DNA of 64,000 nucleotides from contig OZ024742.1 of the NCBI GenBank assembly GCA_964016885.1, positions 148,428,001 to 148,492,000 on the forward strand. Reading direction: 5' to 3'. Of this stretch, positions 26,001-40,929 are shown one piece after another (position 1 is the stretch's first letter; every line of letters starts with the position of its first letter). Source of the DNA: Eledone cirrhosa (taxonomy: Eukaryota). Made by a program: the position numbers and the translations under genes. Below the pieces are notes generated by a model. That model did no database searches. It was not told the origin of the DNA and worked only from the letters and a program-made list of their open reading frames with translations.

Positions 26001-29000
26001 GTTGTTACAGTTAGGGATGTTGTTGGTGATATAATTGTTGTCGTTGTTACAGTTAGGGATGTTGTTGGTGATATAATTGTTGTCGTTGTTACAGTTAAGG
26101 ATGTTGTTGGTGATATAATTGTTGTCGTTGTTACAGTTAGGGATGTTGTTGGTGATATAATTGTTGTCGTTGTTGTAGTTAGGGATGTTGTTGGTGATAT
26201 AATTGTTGTCGTTGTTGTAGTTAGGGATGTTGTTGGTGATATAATTGTTGTCGTTGTTACAGTTAGGGATGTTGTTGGTGATATAATTGTTGTCGTTGTT
26301 ACAGTTAGGGATGTTGTTGGTGATATAATTGTTGTCGTTGTTACAGTTAGGGATGTTGTTGGTGATATAATTGTTGTCGTTGTTACAGTTAGGGATGTTG
26401 TTGGTGATATAATTGTTGTCGTTGTTGTAGTTAGGGATGTTGTTGGTGATATAATTGTTGTCGTTGTTGTAGTTAGGGATGTTGTTGGTGATATAATTGT
26501 TGTCGTTGTTACAGTTAGGGATGTTGTTGGTGATATAATTGTTGTCGTTGTTGTAGTTAGGGATGTTGTTGGTGATATAATTGTTGTCGTTGTTGTAGTT
26601 AGGGATGTTGTTGGTGATATAATTGTTGTCGTTGTTAGTTAGGGATGTTGTTGGTGATATAATTGTTGTCGTTGTTAGTTAGGGATGTTGTTGGTGATAT
26701 AATTGTTGTCGTTGTTAGTTAGGGATGTTGTTGGTGATATAATTGTTGTCGTTGTTAGTTAGGGATGTTGTTGGTGATATAATTGTTGTCGTTGTTAGTT
26801 AGGGATGTTGTTGGTGATATAATTGTTGTCGTTGTTAGTTAGGGATGTTGTTGGTGATATAATTGTTGTCGTTGTTGTAGTTAGGGATGTTGTTGGTGAT
26901 ATAATTGTTGTCGTTGTTACAGTTAGGGATGTTGTTGGTGATATAATTGTTGTCGTTGTTACAGTTAGGGATGTTGTTGGTGATATAATTGTTGTCGTTG
27001 TTGTAGTTAGGGATGTTGTTGGTGATATAATTGTTGTCGTTGTTGTAATTAGGGATGTTGTTGGTGATATAATTGTTGTCGTTGTTGTAGTTAGGGATGT
27101 TGTTGGTGATATAATTGTTGTCGTTGTTGTAGTTAGGGATGTTGTTGGTGATATAATTGTTGTCGTTGTTACAGTTAGGGATGTTGTTGGTGATATAATT
27201 GTTGTCGTTGTTGTAGTTAGGGATGTTGTTGGTGATATAATTGTTGTCGTTGTTGTAGTTAGGGATGTTGTTGGTGATATAATTGTTGTCGTTGTTACAG
27301 TTAGGGATGTTGTTGGTGATATAATTGTTGTCGTTGTTACAGTTAGGGATGTTGTTGGTGATATAATTGTTGTCGTTGTTGTAGTTAGGGATGTTGTTGG
27401 TGATATAATTGTTGTCGTTGTTGTAGTTAGGGATGTTGTTGGTGATATAATTGTTGTCGTTGTTGTAGTTAGGGATGTTGTTGGTGATATAATTGTTGTC
27501 GTTGTTACAGTTAGGGATGTTGTTGGTGATATAATTGTTGTCGTTGTTGTAGTTAGGGATGTTGTTGGTGATATAATTGTTGTCGTTGTTGTAGTTAGGG
27601 ATGTTGTTGGTGATATAATTGTTGTCGTTGTTACAGTTAGGGATGTTGTTGGTGATATAATTGTTGTCGTTGTTGTAGTTAGGGATGTTGTTGGTGATAT
27701 AATTGTTGTCGTTGTTGTAGTTAGGGATGTTGTTGGTGATATAATTGTTGTCGTTGTTACAGTTAGGGATGTTGTTGGTGATATAATTGTTGTCGTTGTT
27801 GTAGTTAGGGATGTTGTTGGTGATATAATTGTTGTCGTTGTTGTAGTTAGGGATGTTGTTGGTGATATAATTGTTGTCGTTGTTGTAATTAGGGATGTTG
27901 TTGGTGATATAATTGTTGTCGTTGTTGTAGTTAGGGATGTTGTTGGTGATATAATTGTTGTCGTTGTTGTAGTTAGGGATGTTGTTGGTGATATAATTGT
28001 TGTCGTTGTTGTAGTTAGGGATGTTGTTGGTGATATAATTGTTGTCGTTGTTACAATTAGGGATGTTGTTGGTGATATAATTGTTGTCGTTGTTGTAGTT
28101 AGGGATGTTGTTAGTGATATAATTGTTGTCGTTGTTACAGTTAGGGATGTTGTTGGTGATATAATTGTTGTCGTTGTTACAGTTAGGGATGTTGTTGGTG
28201 ATATAATTGTTGTCGTTGTTGTAGTTAGGGATGTTGTTAGTGATATAATTGTTGTCGTTGTTACAGTTAGGGATGTTGTTGGTGATATAATTGTTGTCGT
28301 TGTTGTAGTTAGGGATGTTGTTGGTGATATAATTGTTGTCGTTGTTGTAGTTAGGGATGTTGTTGGTGATATAATTGTTGTCGTTGTTGTAGTTAGGGAT
28401 GTTGTTGGTGATATAATTGTTGTCGTTGTTACAGTTAGGGATGTTGTTGGTGATATAATTGTTGTCGTTGTTGTAGTTAGGGATGTTGTTGGTGATATAA
28501 TTGTTGTCGTTGTTACAGTTAGGGATGTTGTTGGTGATATAATTGTTGTCGTTGTTGTAGTTAGGGATGTTGTTGGTGATATAATTGTTGTCGTTGTTAC
28601 AGTTAGGGATGTTGTTGGTGATATAATTGTTGTCGTTGTTACAGTTAGGGATGTTGTTGGTGATATAATTGTTGTCGTTGTTGTAGTTAGGGATGTTGTT
28701 GGTGATATAATTGTTGTCGTTGTTGTAGTTAAGGATGTTGTTGGTGATATAATTGTTGTCGTTGTTGTAGTTAGGGATGTTGTTGGTGATATAATTGTTG
28801 TCGTTGTTGTAGTTAAGGATGTTGTTGGTGATATAATTGTTGTCGTTGTTGTAGTTAGGGATGTTGTTGGTGATATAATTGTTGTCGTTGTTGTAGTTAG
28901 GGATGTTGTTGGTGATATAATTGTTGTCGTTGTTGTAGTTAAGGATGTTGTTGGTGATATAATTGTTGTCGTTGTTGTAGTTAGGGATGTTGTTGGTGAT

Positions 29001-29726
29001 ATAATTGTTGTCGTTGTTACAGTTAGGGATGTTGTTGGTTATATAATTGTTGTCGTTGTTACAGTTAGGGATGTTGTTGGTGATATAATTGTTGTCGTTG
29101 TTACAGTTAGGGATGTTGTTGGTTATATAATTGTTGTCGTTGTTACAGTTAGGGATGTTGTTGGTTATATAATTGTTGTCGTTGTTACAGTTAGGGATGT
29201 TGTTGGTGATATAATTGTTGTCGTTGTTACAGTTAGGGATGTTGTTGGTTATATAATTGTTGTCGTTGTTACAGTTAGGGATGTTGTTGGTTATATAATT
29301 GTTGTCGTTGTTACAGTTAGGGATGTTGTTGGTGATATAATTGTTGTCGTTGTTGTAGTTAGGGATGTTGTTGGTGATATAATTGTTGTCGTTGTTGTAG
29401 TTAGGGATGTTGTTGGTGATATAATTGTTGTCGTTGTTGTAGTTAAGGATGTTGTTGGTGATATAATTGTTGTCGTTGTTGTAGTTAGGGATGTTGTTGG
29501 TGATATAATTGTTGTCGTTGTTGTAGTTAGGGATGTTGTTGGTGATATAATTGTTGTCGTTGTTGTAGTTAGGGATGTTGTTGGTGATATAATTGTTGTC
29601 GTTGTTGTAGTTAGGGATGTTGTTGGTGATATAATTGTTGTCGTTGTTACAGTTATGGATGTTGTTGGTGATATAATTGTTGTCGTTGTTACAGTTATGG
29701 ATGTTGTTGGTGATATAATTGTTGTT
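23058..29726. repeat. 42-bp minisatellite, about 159 units (GTTAGGGATGTTGTTGGTGATATAATTGTTGTCGTTGTT-ACA/GTA/GAA)
   Basis: Period 42 (units start at 23070, 23112, ...). Six 40-bp variant units lie at 26598-26837. Confidence 0.97.
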
Positions 29727-29756
29727 TACTGTTGTTGGTGGTGTTGTTGTTGTTCC

Positions 29757-29808
<52 letters not shown>

Positions 29809-29818
29809 GATGATGATA

Positions 29819-29857
<39 letters not shown>

Positions 29858-29868
29858 CTGTTGTAGTT

Positions 29869-29901
<33 letters not shown>

Positions 29902-29923
29902 GCTGGTTCCGATTTTGTGCCCA

Positions 29924-29959
<36 letters not shown>

Positions 29960-29964
29960 TTGTT

Positions 29965-30150
29965 TAGGTCCTGCTCAACCATGATCAAACAGATTTATGG
30001 ATAATGACATTACCTATTTGTCCATCGTGTCAGTTGATGTTGTTTTCAGAATGTATTCAATAATGTTTTTTTCTTTAAAGACATATTGATTTAAATGATA
30101 AACATTTGGTTGTTGCTTTCTTTTTGAAATAATGACAACGTAGATGGCTG
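29965..30150. repeat. Old dispersed repeat associated with (GTT)n (similar pieces at about 21670-21860, 30770-30815, 32830-32890, 39650-39960, 40600-40710)
   Basis: Recurrent motifs ttt.g(c/t)tgctatttctagca and cc.tgatc.a..aga following (GTT)n tracts. Confidence 0.45.
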
Positions 30151-30385
30151 GGGGTATATCAAACTCCACTGCATTTGCTTCTTAATTAAAGCCTTTTTTT
30201 TTCGTTAGGGAAATAGTTACCGTTCATTTTCATTCTTCTGAAAGCGATATAAATACATACGTACACGAACACACATATGTCTGTATACATATGTATACAC
30301 CCACACATTCACACACTCACACACTTATATATATATATATACATACATACATATATATATATACATATACACACACACACACACT

Positions 30386-30438
<53 letters not shown>

Positions 30439-30477
30439 CCCTGGTTTGTATGTGGCAGTTCTAGTCCTGTGGAATCC

Positions 30478-30559
<82 letters not shown>

Positions 30560-30944
30560 ATAGAAAAGCTATTATCTATAGTAATCGACTGTAACAACGG
30601 TTGATTGCTATAAATAACAGCTTAGAAAACCGGGTAAAATAGAGAAAAAATTCTCCACCAGCCTCTTCATGTTTTATGCTTATCGGATCTTCCTGTTTCT
30701 GTTTTTGTTACTAAACATAATGCCTTTAAGTCCACATTATCCAAAGCCTTCTACATTTGAGAAAGACAGTATAGTGTGATTTAAATGCGATCTCGTTGCT
30801 ATTTCTAGCATATAGATAATTCATTGATTCATTGATTCGTTGTTCTTGTTTTTATTGTTGTTGATTGTGCAATTATCCTTTTTTGTTTTTATATTTGTTG
30901 TTTTCGTAGTAGTTTAAAGAAAAAAATTAATTGTAGTTTCTAAT

Positions 30945-32250
30945 GGGTAGTAGATTAGCAGAACTGGTAGAGCGTCGGTTAAAATAGCATTGTGGTATGT
31001 GTTCTGGCTCTTGACGTTCTGAGTTCAAATCCCGCCGACATCAACTTTGCTTTTCATCCTTCCGTGATAAAATAAAGTACCATTCAAGTACTGGGATCGA
31101 TAAAATAAAGTACCATTCAAGTACTGGGATCGATAAAATAAAGTACCATTCAAGTACTGTAATCGATAAAATAAAGTACCATTCAAGTACTGTAATCGAT
31201 AAAATAAAGTAACATCCAAGTACCGGGATCGATAAAATAAAGTACCATTCAAGTACTGGGATCGATAAAATAAAGTACCATTCAAGTATCGGGATTGATA
31301 AAATAAAGTACCATTCAAGTACTAGGATCGATAAAATAAAGTACCATTCAAGTACCGGGATCGATAAAATAAAGTACCATTCAAGTACTGGGATCGATAA
31401 AATAAAGTACCACTCAAGTACTGGGATCGATAAAATAAAGTACCATTCAAGTACTGTAATCGATAAAATAAAGTACCATTCAAGTACTGTGATCGATAAA
31501 ATAAAGTACCACTCAAGTACCGGGATCGATAAAATAAAGTACCATTCAAGTACTGGGATCGATAAAATAAAGTAACATCCAAGTACCGGGATCGATAAAA
31601 TAAAGTACCATTCAAGTATTGGGATCGATAAAATAAAGTACCATTCGAGTACCGGGATCGATAAAATAAAGTACCATTCGAGTACCGGGATCGATAAAAT
31701 AAAGTACCATTCAAGTACTGGGATCGATAAAATAAAGTACCATTCAAGTACCGGGATCGATAAAATAAAGTACCATTCAAGTACTGGGATCGATAAAATA
31801 AAGTACCATTCAAGTACTGGGATCGATAAAATAAAGTACCACTCGAGTACTGGGATCGATAACATAAAGTACCATTCAAGTACTGTGATCGATAAAATAA
31901 AGTACCATTCAAGTACTGGGATCGATAAAATAAAGTACCATTCAAGTACCGGGATCGATAAAATAAAGTACCATTCAAGTACCGGGATCGATAAAATAAA
32001 GTACCATTCAAGTACCGGGATCGATAAAATAAAATACCACTCAAGTACTGGGATCGATAAAATAAAGTACCATTCAAGTACTGGGATCGATAAAATAAAG
32101 TACCATTCGAGTACCGGGATCGATAAAATAAAGTACCATTCGAGTACCGGGATCGATAAAATAAAGTACCATTCAAGTACCGGGATTGATTTAATCAACT
32201 TAACCCTTCCTATAAATTTGCTGGCCTTGTGCCTATATTAGAAATTAATT
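30945..32250 (+). mobile_element. Meta-like SINE with internal 33-bp tandem expansion
   Basis: Head with B-box gagttcaaatcccgccga at about 31021, central domain to about 31065, array 31066-32187, and tail gatttaatcaact...gctggccttgtgcctatattagaaa. Confidence 0.85.
31066..32187. repeat. 33-bp minisatellite, about 34 units (GATAAAATAAAGTACCATTCAAGTAC[T/C]GGGATC)
   Basis: Direct reading; 11-aa periodicity in the ORF track. Confidence 0.95.
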
Positions 32251-32669
32251 ATTATTATTGTAGTTTTTAAGGTTGTTGCGTTGTTATTGTTTGTATTTAT
32301 CGTAGTTGTCGTTTATGCGTTTGTAGTTGTTGTGGATTTGTATGATTACTTTATTCGAGAAGACTTGTAATCGATGAACATCCATAGTTCCTTTTTATAT
32401 TGTGTGATGGGGACTCAATACCGTATTATCCAACTTGTGCTGGTGAAGTTTTCGTCGGTTTCGACAATGAGCTTTCAGTTTTGTTCAATGAATTGAATTC
32501 CTACTTGTGAAATTAACATGAAAGCGGCCGAGTATTCCACAAACATTTGTACCCGTAACGCAATGTGATGGCCGAATCAGTGTGATACGATGTGACATGG
32601 CTGGAAATTTGAATTACGGACACTATTCAACAAAAGTGAAAGGCTGAAATTAACTACAGTATTAGACTG

Positions 32670-33240
32670 ACACTTTATTTATCAATACCCAAAAGGCAGA
32701 AGGGGAAGTCGTCGTCTGTGGGGTTCGAACTCAGGACGCAGAGAACCAGAACGAATACCGACAGATTAACGATTTTTGTCACATTCGCCGCCTTTTAGCC
32801 TGACCATTCTAACGTAGTTATGAGTAACGAGATCAGTTGAAGGAGATTCGTCTGCTATTTCTAGCAAATCGAACAGCTACGTAACGTCTATTTCGTTATA
32901 GTTTAGGGTTGATTAGGTCAGTAAGGCACAACTTTCTCAGGTGATCGACAAAATTTCATAGGTCACCAACTATAAATTTACTTTTAATTGCATTATGTAA
33001 CGCAGTAAGACGTAAATTAAGAGATTGATTATGTATTGTAAGCATTGCTAATTTAGGCACAAGGCCAGCAATTTTCAGGGAGGGGGGAAAGTTGATTATA
33101 CCTGTACTAGCACTTTACAGGTAGTTTATTTTATTTAGCATGATGAAAGGCTGGATTTGAACTCAGAACGTAAAGAGCCGGAACAAACATTAAGCATTTC
33201 TCCGACACTGAAACAATTCGACCAATACACCACCCTCAAT
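32670..33240 (-). mobile_element. Two decayed Meta-like SINEs (about 32670-32795 and 33050-33240)
   Basis: actttatttatc.a..ccc.aaagg and g.tt.gaactcag.acg.a motifs. Confidence 0.6.
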
Positions 33241-33464
33241 GCATTGTGTAATAAAATATACGTATATTTGCTTTTAATTTATCTAAGTTATATATTATGT
33301 AAGAACACACATTGTCACCTTCTTTGTTCTATGAAAGTTGCCGTGGCATACCAAAGGCTTGGTATGAACCAGTGATGGGAATTACTTTGGCGCCCATGCT
33401 GGCTCTTAAGAAGTATTGTTGTCATTTCTGCTGCTACCGCTACTGTTATTGCAGCAGCTACAGT

Positions 33465-36400
33465 TACTACTACTACTACTACTACTACTTCTACTACTAC
33501 TACTTCTACTACTACTACTACTACTACTACTACTATTTCTACTACTACTTCTACTACTACTTCTACTACTACTTCTACTACTACTACTACTACTACTTCT
33601 ACTACTACTACTACTTCTACTACTACTACTACTTCTACTACTACTACTTCTACTACTACTACTTCTACTACTTCTACTACTACTACTACTTCTACTACTA
33701 CTACTTCTACTACTACTACTTCTACTACTTCTACTACTACTACTACTTCTACTACTTCTACTACTACTACTACTACTACTTCTACTACTTCTACTACTAC
33801 TACTTCTACTACTACTACTACTACTACTACTATTTCTACTACTACTTCTACTACTACTTCTACTACTACTTCTACTACTTCTACTACTACTACTTCTACT
33901 ACTACTACTACTACTACTACTATTTCTACTACTACTTCTACTACTACTTCTACTACTACTTCTACTACTACTACTACTACTACTTCTACTACTACTACTA
34001 CTTCTACTACTACTACTACTTCTACTACTACTACTTCTACTACTACTACTTCTACTACTTCTACTACTTCTACTACTACTACTTCTACTACTTCTACTAC
34101 TACTACTACTTCTACTACTTCTACTACTACTACTACTTCTACTACTACTTCTACTACTTCTACTACTACTACTACTTCTACTACTTCTACTACTACTACT
34201 ACTACTACTTCTACTACTTCTACTACTACTACTTCTACTACTACTACTACTACTACTACTACTATTTCTACTACTACTTCTACTACTACTTCTACTACTA
34301 CTTCTACTACTTCTACTACTACTACTTCTACTACTACTACTACTACTACTACTATTTCTACTACTACTTCTACTACTACTTCTACTACTACTTCTACTAC
34401 TACTACTACTACTACTTCTACTACTACTACTACTTCTACTACTACTACTACTTCTACTACTACTACTTCTACTACTACTACTTCTACTACTTCTACTACT
34501 ACTACTACTTCTACTACTACTACTTCTACTACTACTACTTCTACTACTTCTACTACTACTACTACTTCTACTACTTCTACTACTACTACTACTACTACTT
34601 CTACTACTTCTACTACTACTACTTCTACTACTTCTACTACTTCTACTACTACTACTACTTCTACTACTACTACTTCTACTACTACTACTTCTACTACTTC
34701 TACTACTACTACTACTTCTACTACTTCTACTACTACTACTACTTCTACTACTACTTCTTCTACTACTACTTCTACTACTACTTCTACTACTACTACTACT
34801 ACTTCTACTACTACTTCTACTACTACTACTTCTACTACTACTACTTCTACTACTACTACTACTTCTACTACTACTACTACTACTTCTACTACTACTTCTA
34901 CTACTACTACTTCTACTTCTACTACTTCTACTACTACTACTTCTACTACTACTACTTCTACTACTACTACTACTTCTACTACTTCTACTACTACTTCTAC
35001 TACTACTACTACTACTTCTACTACTACTACTACTACTATTTCTACTACTACTTCTACTACTACTTCTACTACTACTACTTCTACTACTACTTCTACTACT
35101 ACTACTTCTACTACTACTACTACTTCTACTACTTCTACTACTACTTCTACTACTACTTCTACTACTACTACTTCTACTACTACTACTACTTCTACTACTT
35201 CTACTACTACTTCTACTACTACTACTTCTACTTACTACTTCTACTACTACTTCTACTTCTACTACTACTACTTCTACTACTACTACTTATACTACTACTT
35301 CTACTACTACTTCTACTTCTACTACTACTACTTCTACTACTACTTCTACTACTACTACTTCTACTACTACTTCTACTACTACTACTTCTACTACTACTTC
35401 TACTACTACTTCTACTACTACTACTTCTACTACTTCTACTACTACTACTACTTCTACTACTACTACTACTTCTACTACTACTACTACTTCTACTACTACT
35501 ACTACTACTTCTACTACTACTTCTACTACTACTACTTCTACTACTACTTCTACTACTACTACTTCTACTACTACTTCTACTACTACTTCTACTACTACTA
35601 CTTCTACTACTACTACTTCTACTACTACTACTTCTACTACTACTACTACTTCTACTACTACTACTTCTACTACTACTTCTTCTACTACTACTTCTACTAC
35701 TACTTCTACTACTACTACTACTACTTCTACTACTACTTCTACTACTACTACTTCTACTACTACTACTTCTACTACTACTACTACTTCTACTACTACTACT
35801 ACTACTTCTACTACTACTTCTACTACTACTACTTCTACTTCTACTACTACTACTACTACTACTTCTACTACTACTTCTACTACTACTACTACTTCTACTT
35901 CTACTACTACTTCTACTACTACTACTTCTACTACTACTACTACTTCTACTACTTCTACTACTACTTCTACTACTACTACTACTACTTCTACTACTACTAC
36001 TACTACTATTCTACTACTACTTCTACTACTACTTCTACTACTACTACTTCTACTACTACTTCTACTACTACTACTACTTCTACTACTTCTACTACTACTT
36101 CTACTACTACTTCTACTACTACTACTTCTACTACTACTACTACTTCTACTACTTCTACTACTACTTCTACTACTACTACTTCTACTACTACTTCTACTAC
36201 TACTTCTACTTCTACTACTACTACTTCTACTACTACTACTTCTACTACTACTTCTACTACTACTTCTACTACTACTACTTCTACTACTACTTCTACTACT
36301 ACTACTTCTACTACTACTTCTACTACTACTACTTCTACTACTACTTCTACTACTACTTCTACTACTACTACTTCTACTACTACTACTTCTACTACTACTA

Positions 36401-37568
36401 CTACTTCTACTACTACTTCTACTACTACTACTTCTTTCTACTACTTCTACTACTACTTCTACTACTACTACTTCTACTACTACTACTTCTACTACTACTA
36501 CTTCTACTACTACTTCTTCTACTACTACTTCTACTACTACTACTTCTACTACTACTACTTCTACTACTACTACTTCTACTACTACTTCTTCTACTACTAC
36601 TTCTACTACTACTACTACTACTTCTACTACTACTTCTACTACTACTTCTACTACTACTTCTACTACTACTACTTCTACTACTACTTCTACTACTACTTCT
36701 ACTACTTCTACTACTACTTCTACTACTACTACTTCTACTACTACTACTTCTACTACTACTTCTTCTACTACTACTTCTACTACTACTACTAATACTTCTA
36801 CTACTACTTCTACTACTACTTCTACTACTACTACTTCTACTACTACTTCTACTACTACTTCTACTACTACTTCTACTACTACTACTTCTACTACTACTAC
36901 TACTTCTACTACTACTTCTACTACTACTACTACTACTTCTACTACTACTTCTACTACTTCTACTACTACTTCTACTACTACTACTTCTACTACTACTTCT
37001 ACTACTTCTACTACTACTACTTCTACTACTACTACTAATACTTCTACTACTACTTCTACTACTACTTCTACTACTACTTCTACTACTACTACTTCTACTA
37101 CTACTTCTACTACTACTACTTCTACTACTACTACTAATACTTCTACTACTACTTCTACTACTACTTCTACTACTACTTCTACTACTACTACTTCTACTAC
37201 TACTTCTACTACTACTACTTCTACTACTTCTACTACTACTACTACTACTTCTACTACTACTTCTACTACTACTTCTACTTCTACTACTACTTCTACTACT
37301 ACTACTTCTACTACTACTTCTACTACTACTTCTACTACTACTTCTACTACTACTACTTCTACTTCTACTACTTCTACTTCTACTACTTCTACTACTACTA
37401 CTACTTCTACTACTACTACTTCTACTTCTACTACTACTTCTACTACTACTACTACTTCTACTTCTACTACTTCTACTACTACTACTTCTACTTCTACTAC
37501 TTCTACTACTACTTCTACTACTACTTCTACTACTTCTACTACTACTTCTACTACTACTACTTCTACTT

Positions 37569-37599
<31 letters not shown>

Positions 37600-38043
37600 T
37601 ACTACTACTTCTACTTCTACTACTTCTACTACTTCTACTACTACTACTTCTACTACTTCTACTACTACTTCTACTACTACTACTTCTACTTCTACTACTA
37701 CTTCTACTACTACTTCTACTACTTCTACTACTACTACTACTTCTACTACTACTTCTACTACTACTTCTACTACTACTTCTACTACTACTACTACTCTACT
37801 ACTTCTACTACTACTACTTCTACTACTACTTCTACTACTTCTACTACTACTACTTCCACTACTACTTCTACTACTACTACTACTACTACTTTTCTACTAC
37901 TACTTCTACTACTACTACTACTTCTACTACTACTACTACTACTTCTACTACTACTACTACTTCTACTCATACTTCTACTACTACTACTACTACTACTTCT
38001 ACTACTACTACTACTTCTACTACTACATCTACTACTACTACTT

Positions 38044-38101
<58 letters not shown>

Positions 38102-39177
38102 TACTACTACTACTACTTCTACTACTACTTCTACTACTACTACTTCTACTACTACTTCTACTACTACTTCTACTACTACTACTTCTACTTCTACTACTAC
38201 TACTTCTACTACTACTACTTCTACTACTTCTACTTCTACTACTACTACTACTACTACTTCTACTACTACTACTTCTACTACTTCTACTACTTCTACTACT
38301 TCTACTTCTACTACTACTTCTACTTCTACTACTTCTACTACTACTACTACTTCTACTACTACTACTTCTACTTCTACTACTTCTACTACTTCTACTACTA
38401 CTACTTCTACTACTTCTACTACTACTTCTACTACTTCTACTTCTACTACTACTTCTACTACTACTACTTCTACTACTACTACTTCTACTACTTCTACTAC
38501 TTCTACTACTACTACTTCTACTACTTCTACTACTACTTCTACTACTACTACTTCTACTTCTACTACTACTTCTACTACTTCTACTTCTACTACTACTACT
38601 TCTACTACTTCTACTACTACTACTTCTACTACTTCTACTACTACTTCTACTACTTCTACTACTACTTCTACTACTACTACTTCTACTACTACTACTTCTA
38701 CTACTACTACTTCTACTACTTCTACTACTACTACTTCTACTACTTCTACTACTACTTCTACTACTACTACTTCTACTTCTACTACTACTTCTACTACTAC
38801 TACTTCTACTACTACTACTTCTACTACTACTTCTACTACTACTACTACTACTTCTACTACTACTACTTCTACTACTACTTCTACTTCTACTACTTCTACT
38901 ACTACTACTACTTCTACTACTACTACTTCTACTTCTACTACTTCTACTACTACTACTTCTACTACTTCTACTACTACTTCTACTTCTACTACTACTTCTA
39001 CTACTACTACTTCTACTACTACTACTTCTACTACTACTACTTCTACTACTTCTACTACTACTTCTACTACTTCTACTACTACTTACTACTACTACTACTT
39101 CTACTACTTCTACTACTACTACTTCTACTACTACTTCTACTACTACTACTTCTACTTCTACTACTACTTCTACTACT
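33465..39177. repeat. Giant compound trinucleotide array (CTA)n interrupted by CTT, about 5.7 kb
   Basis: Direct reading; source of the 1957-aa and 1966-aa Y/F/L/T/S ORFs. Confidence 0.97.
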
Positions 39178-39237
39178 GCTGCTGATGTTGCCGCTGTTGT
39201 TGTTGTTATTGTTGTTGCCATTACTTCTGCTGTTAAT

Positions 39238-39432
39238 AATAACTGTTTCTACTTTTGGCACAAGGCCAGCAATTACCCAGTGCATTACTGGTACTTTATT
39301 TTATCGACCCCCGTAAGGATGAAAGGCAAAGTTAACCTGGGCGTGATTTGAACTCAGAATGGCAAAAACCGTAACTCTATGCGTCAAAGCATGGCGTCCG
39401 ACCCTCTACCGATACTGCCACTCCACCGCCTA
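39238..39432 (-). mobile_element. Meta-like SINE, close to 21312-21495
   Basis: Reverse complement match including gcgtcaaagcatggcgtccgaccctctaccgatactgcca. Confidence 0.85.
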
Positions 39433-40283
39433 CTAATAATAATGCTGCTGCTATTTGTGTGGTTAACGCGGCTGATATAAACGTCGTTTGTAATGATACC
39501 ATCGCTTTCAGTGTTGTTATCATTCATTGCTGCTGCCGTTACTGTTGCTGCTGTTGTTGTTGTTGTTGCTCTAGTTGTTACTGCTATAGCTGCCGATGCA
39601 GTTGTTGTTGATGTTGTTGATGTTGTTGATGTTGTTGATGTTGTTTTGTACCAGGTTAGTTAGTCCTGGTCAATTAAATGTCTTGTAGTCGTGACAATCC
39701 AGTATTTTTTTAGGAATATTGTTCTTCTTTTTTACCTTATTATACGATGTTCAAGTATATTTTGAAGAGGGGAGATTCCATTTAGCTGCTATTTCTAGCA
39801 GGTCGAATTACCATTTAGAGACACTCTCCTTAGTTTGTAGGTGCTGGTGTTATTGTTGTTGTTATTGTTGTTTTTGTTGTTGCTAAGCTCCAGATCAGTC
39901 CTGATCGTGTAGATGCATGATAAAATTAAAAAAAAACTCACCAGCCAGACATGACTATCTCGTCTTCTTAGGTATTTTGTCGGCTCTCCAGATATGACCA
40001 CTGCAAGAAAGAAAAACGAAATAAATAAAGAAAGAAAGAGAAAGACAAAAAGAAAAATAAATAAAGAAAGAAATAAAGAAAGAAAGAAGGAAAGAAAGAA
40101 AGAAAGAAAGAAAGAAAGGAGGGAAGAAGGGAAGGCGGGGAAGAAGAGTGATAGTCACACCCGACACTGGACTGCTACTTTATCCAAAGGTAAAATTAAC
40201 CCCGGCGGGATTTCAACTCAGAAGGGTTAAAAACGCCTATAAAACATACTCGCCCTATAAACACACACACACACACACACAAG

Positions 40284-40397
<114 letters not shown>

Positions 40398-40929
40398 TAC
40401 ACACACACACGCACACACACACACACACCAGAGAAAAGCAAAGTTATTTTTACGCCACCTTCCGTTCTGTGAAGACAAGAATGCATTACATTCCCGGTAT
40501 CGCGTACGATGTACTGCTGTATCCCTGCTCCACATCTAGATCCCATCCCACCCTTAATAAACCCCTGCATCCGACCCTTAATAAACCCTGTCTGAGACAG
40601 GATTATCCAGATTATTAGTTTCTCTTTCTCAACACGTTATGGTGTAATCTGAGGGAAAATTTCGCTGCTATTTTTAGAGGGTCAAGCAACCACATATAAG
40701 CGCTTCTCTGTTTTATTTTGCAGTTATTACAGCTGCTGCTGCTATTACTGTTACTACTGCTGCTAAAGCTACTGCAGTTTTAGTTGTTGTTTTCGGTGTT
40801 GCTTGGTCTTGTTACTACTGGCTGTTCGGAGTACATGTGTGTTGTAGAGTTACCTTCGGTAAGTCTTACAGAAATCAGATGTAATTCTTTCTATTAAGTT
40901 TCATTATGTAGCATCTCTTTATGTAGCAT

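Noticed and set aside
23058-29726. Interstitial telomere or G-quadruplex array
   Set aside because: Only one TTAGGG occurs per 42 bp, with 39-nt gaps between G-tracts.
22970-29924. Mucin-like Thr-rich ORF (TTTIISPTTSLT) and Val- or Asn-rich ORFs over the 42-bp array
   Set aside because: Open frames follow from a stop-free 42-bp unit. The 40-bp units at 26598-26837 introduce stops, the flanks are simple repeats, and no signal peptide or splice context is evident.
31025-32241. Array resembling CRISPR or a repeat protein
   Set aside because: There are no unique spacers, the unit is a SINE segment, and the context is eukaryotic.
33312-39316. 1957-aa and 1966-aa ORFs, and an RS-rich ORF on the minus strand
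   Set aside because: These are translations of the (CTA/CTT)n array, with frame switches between poly-Y, poly-L and poly-T.
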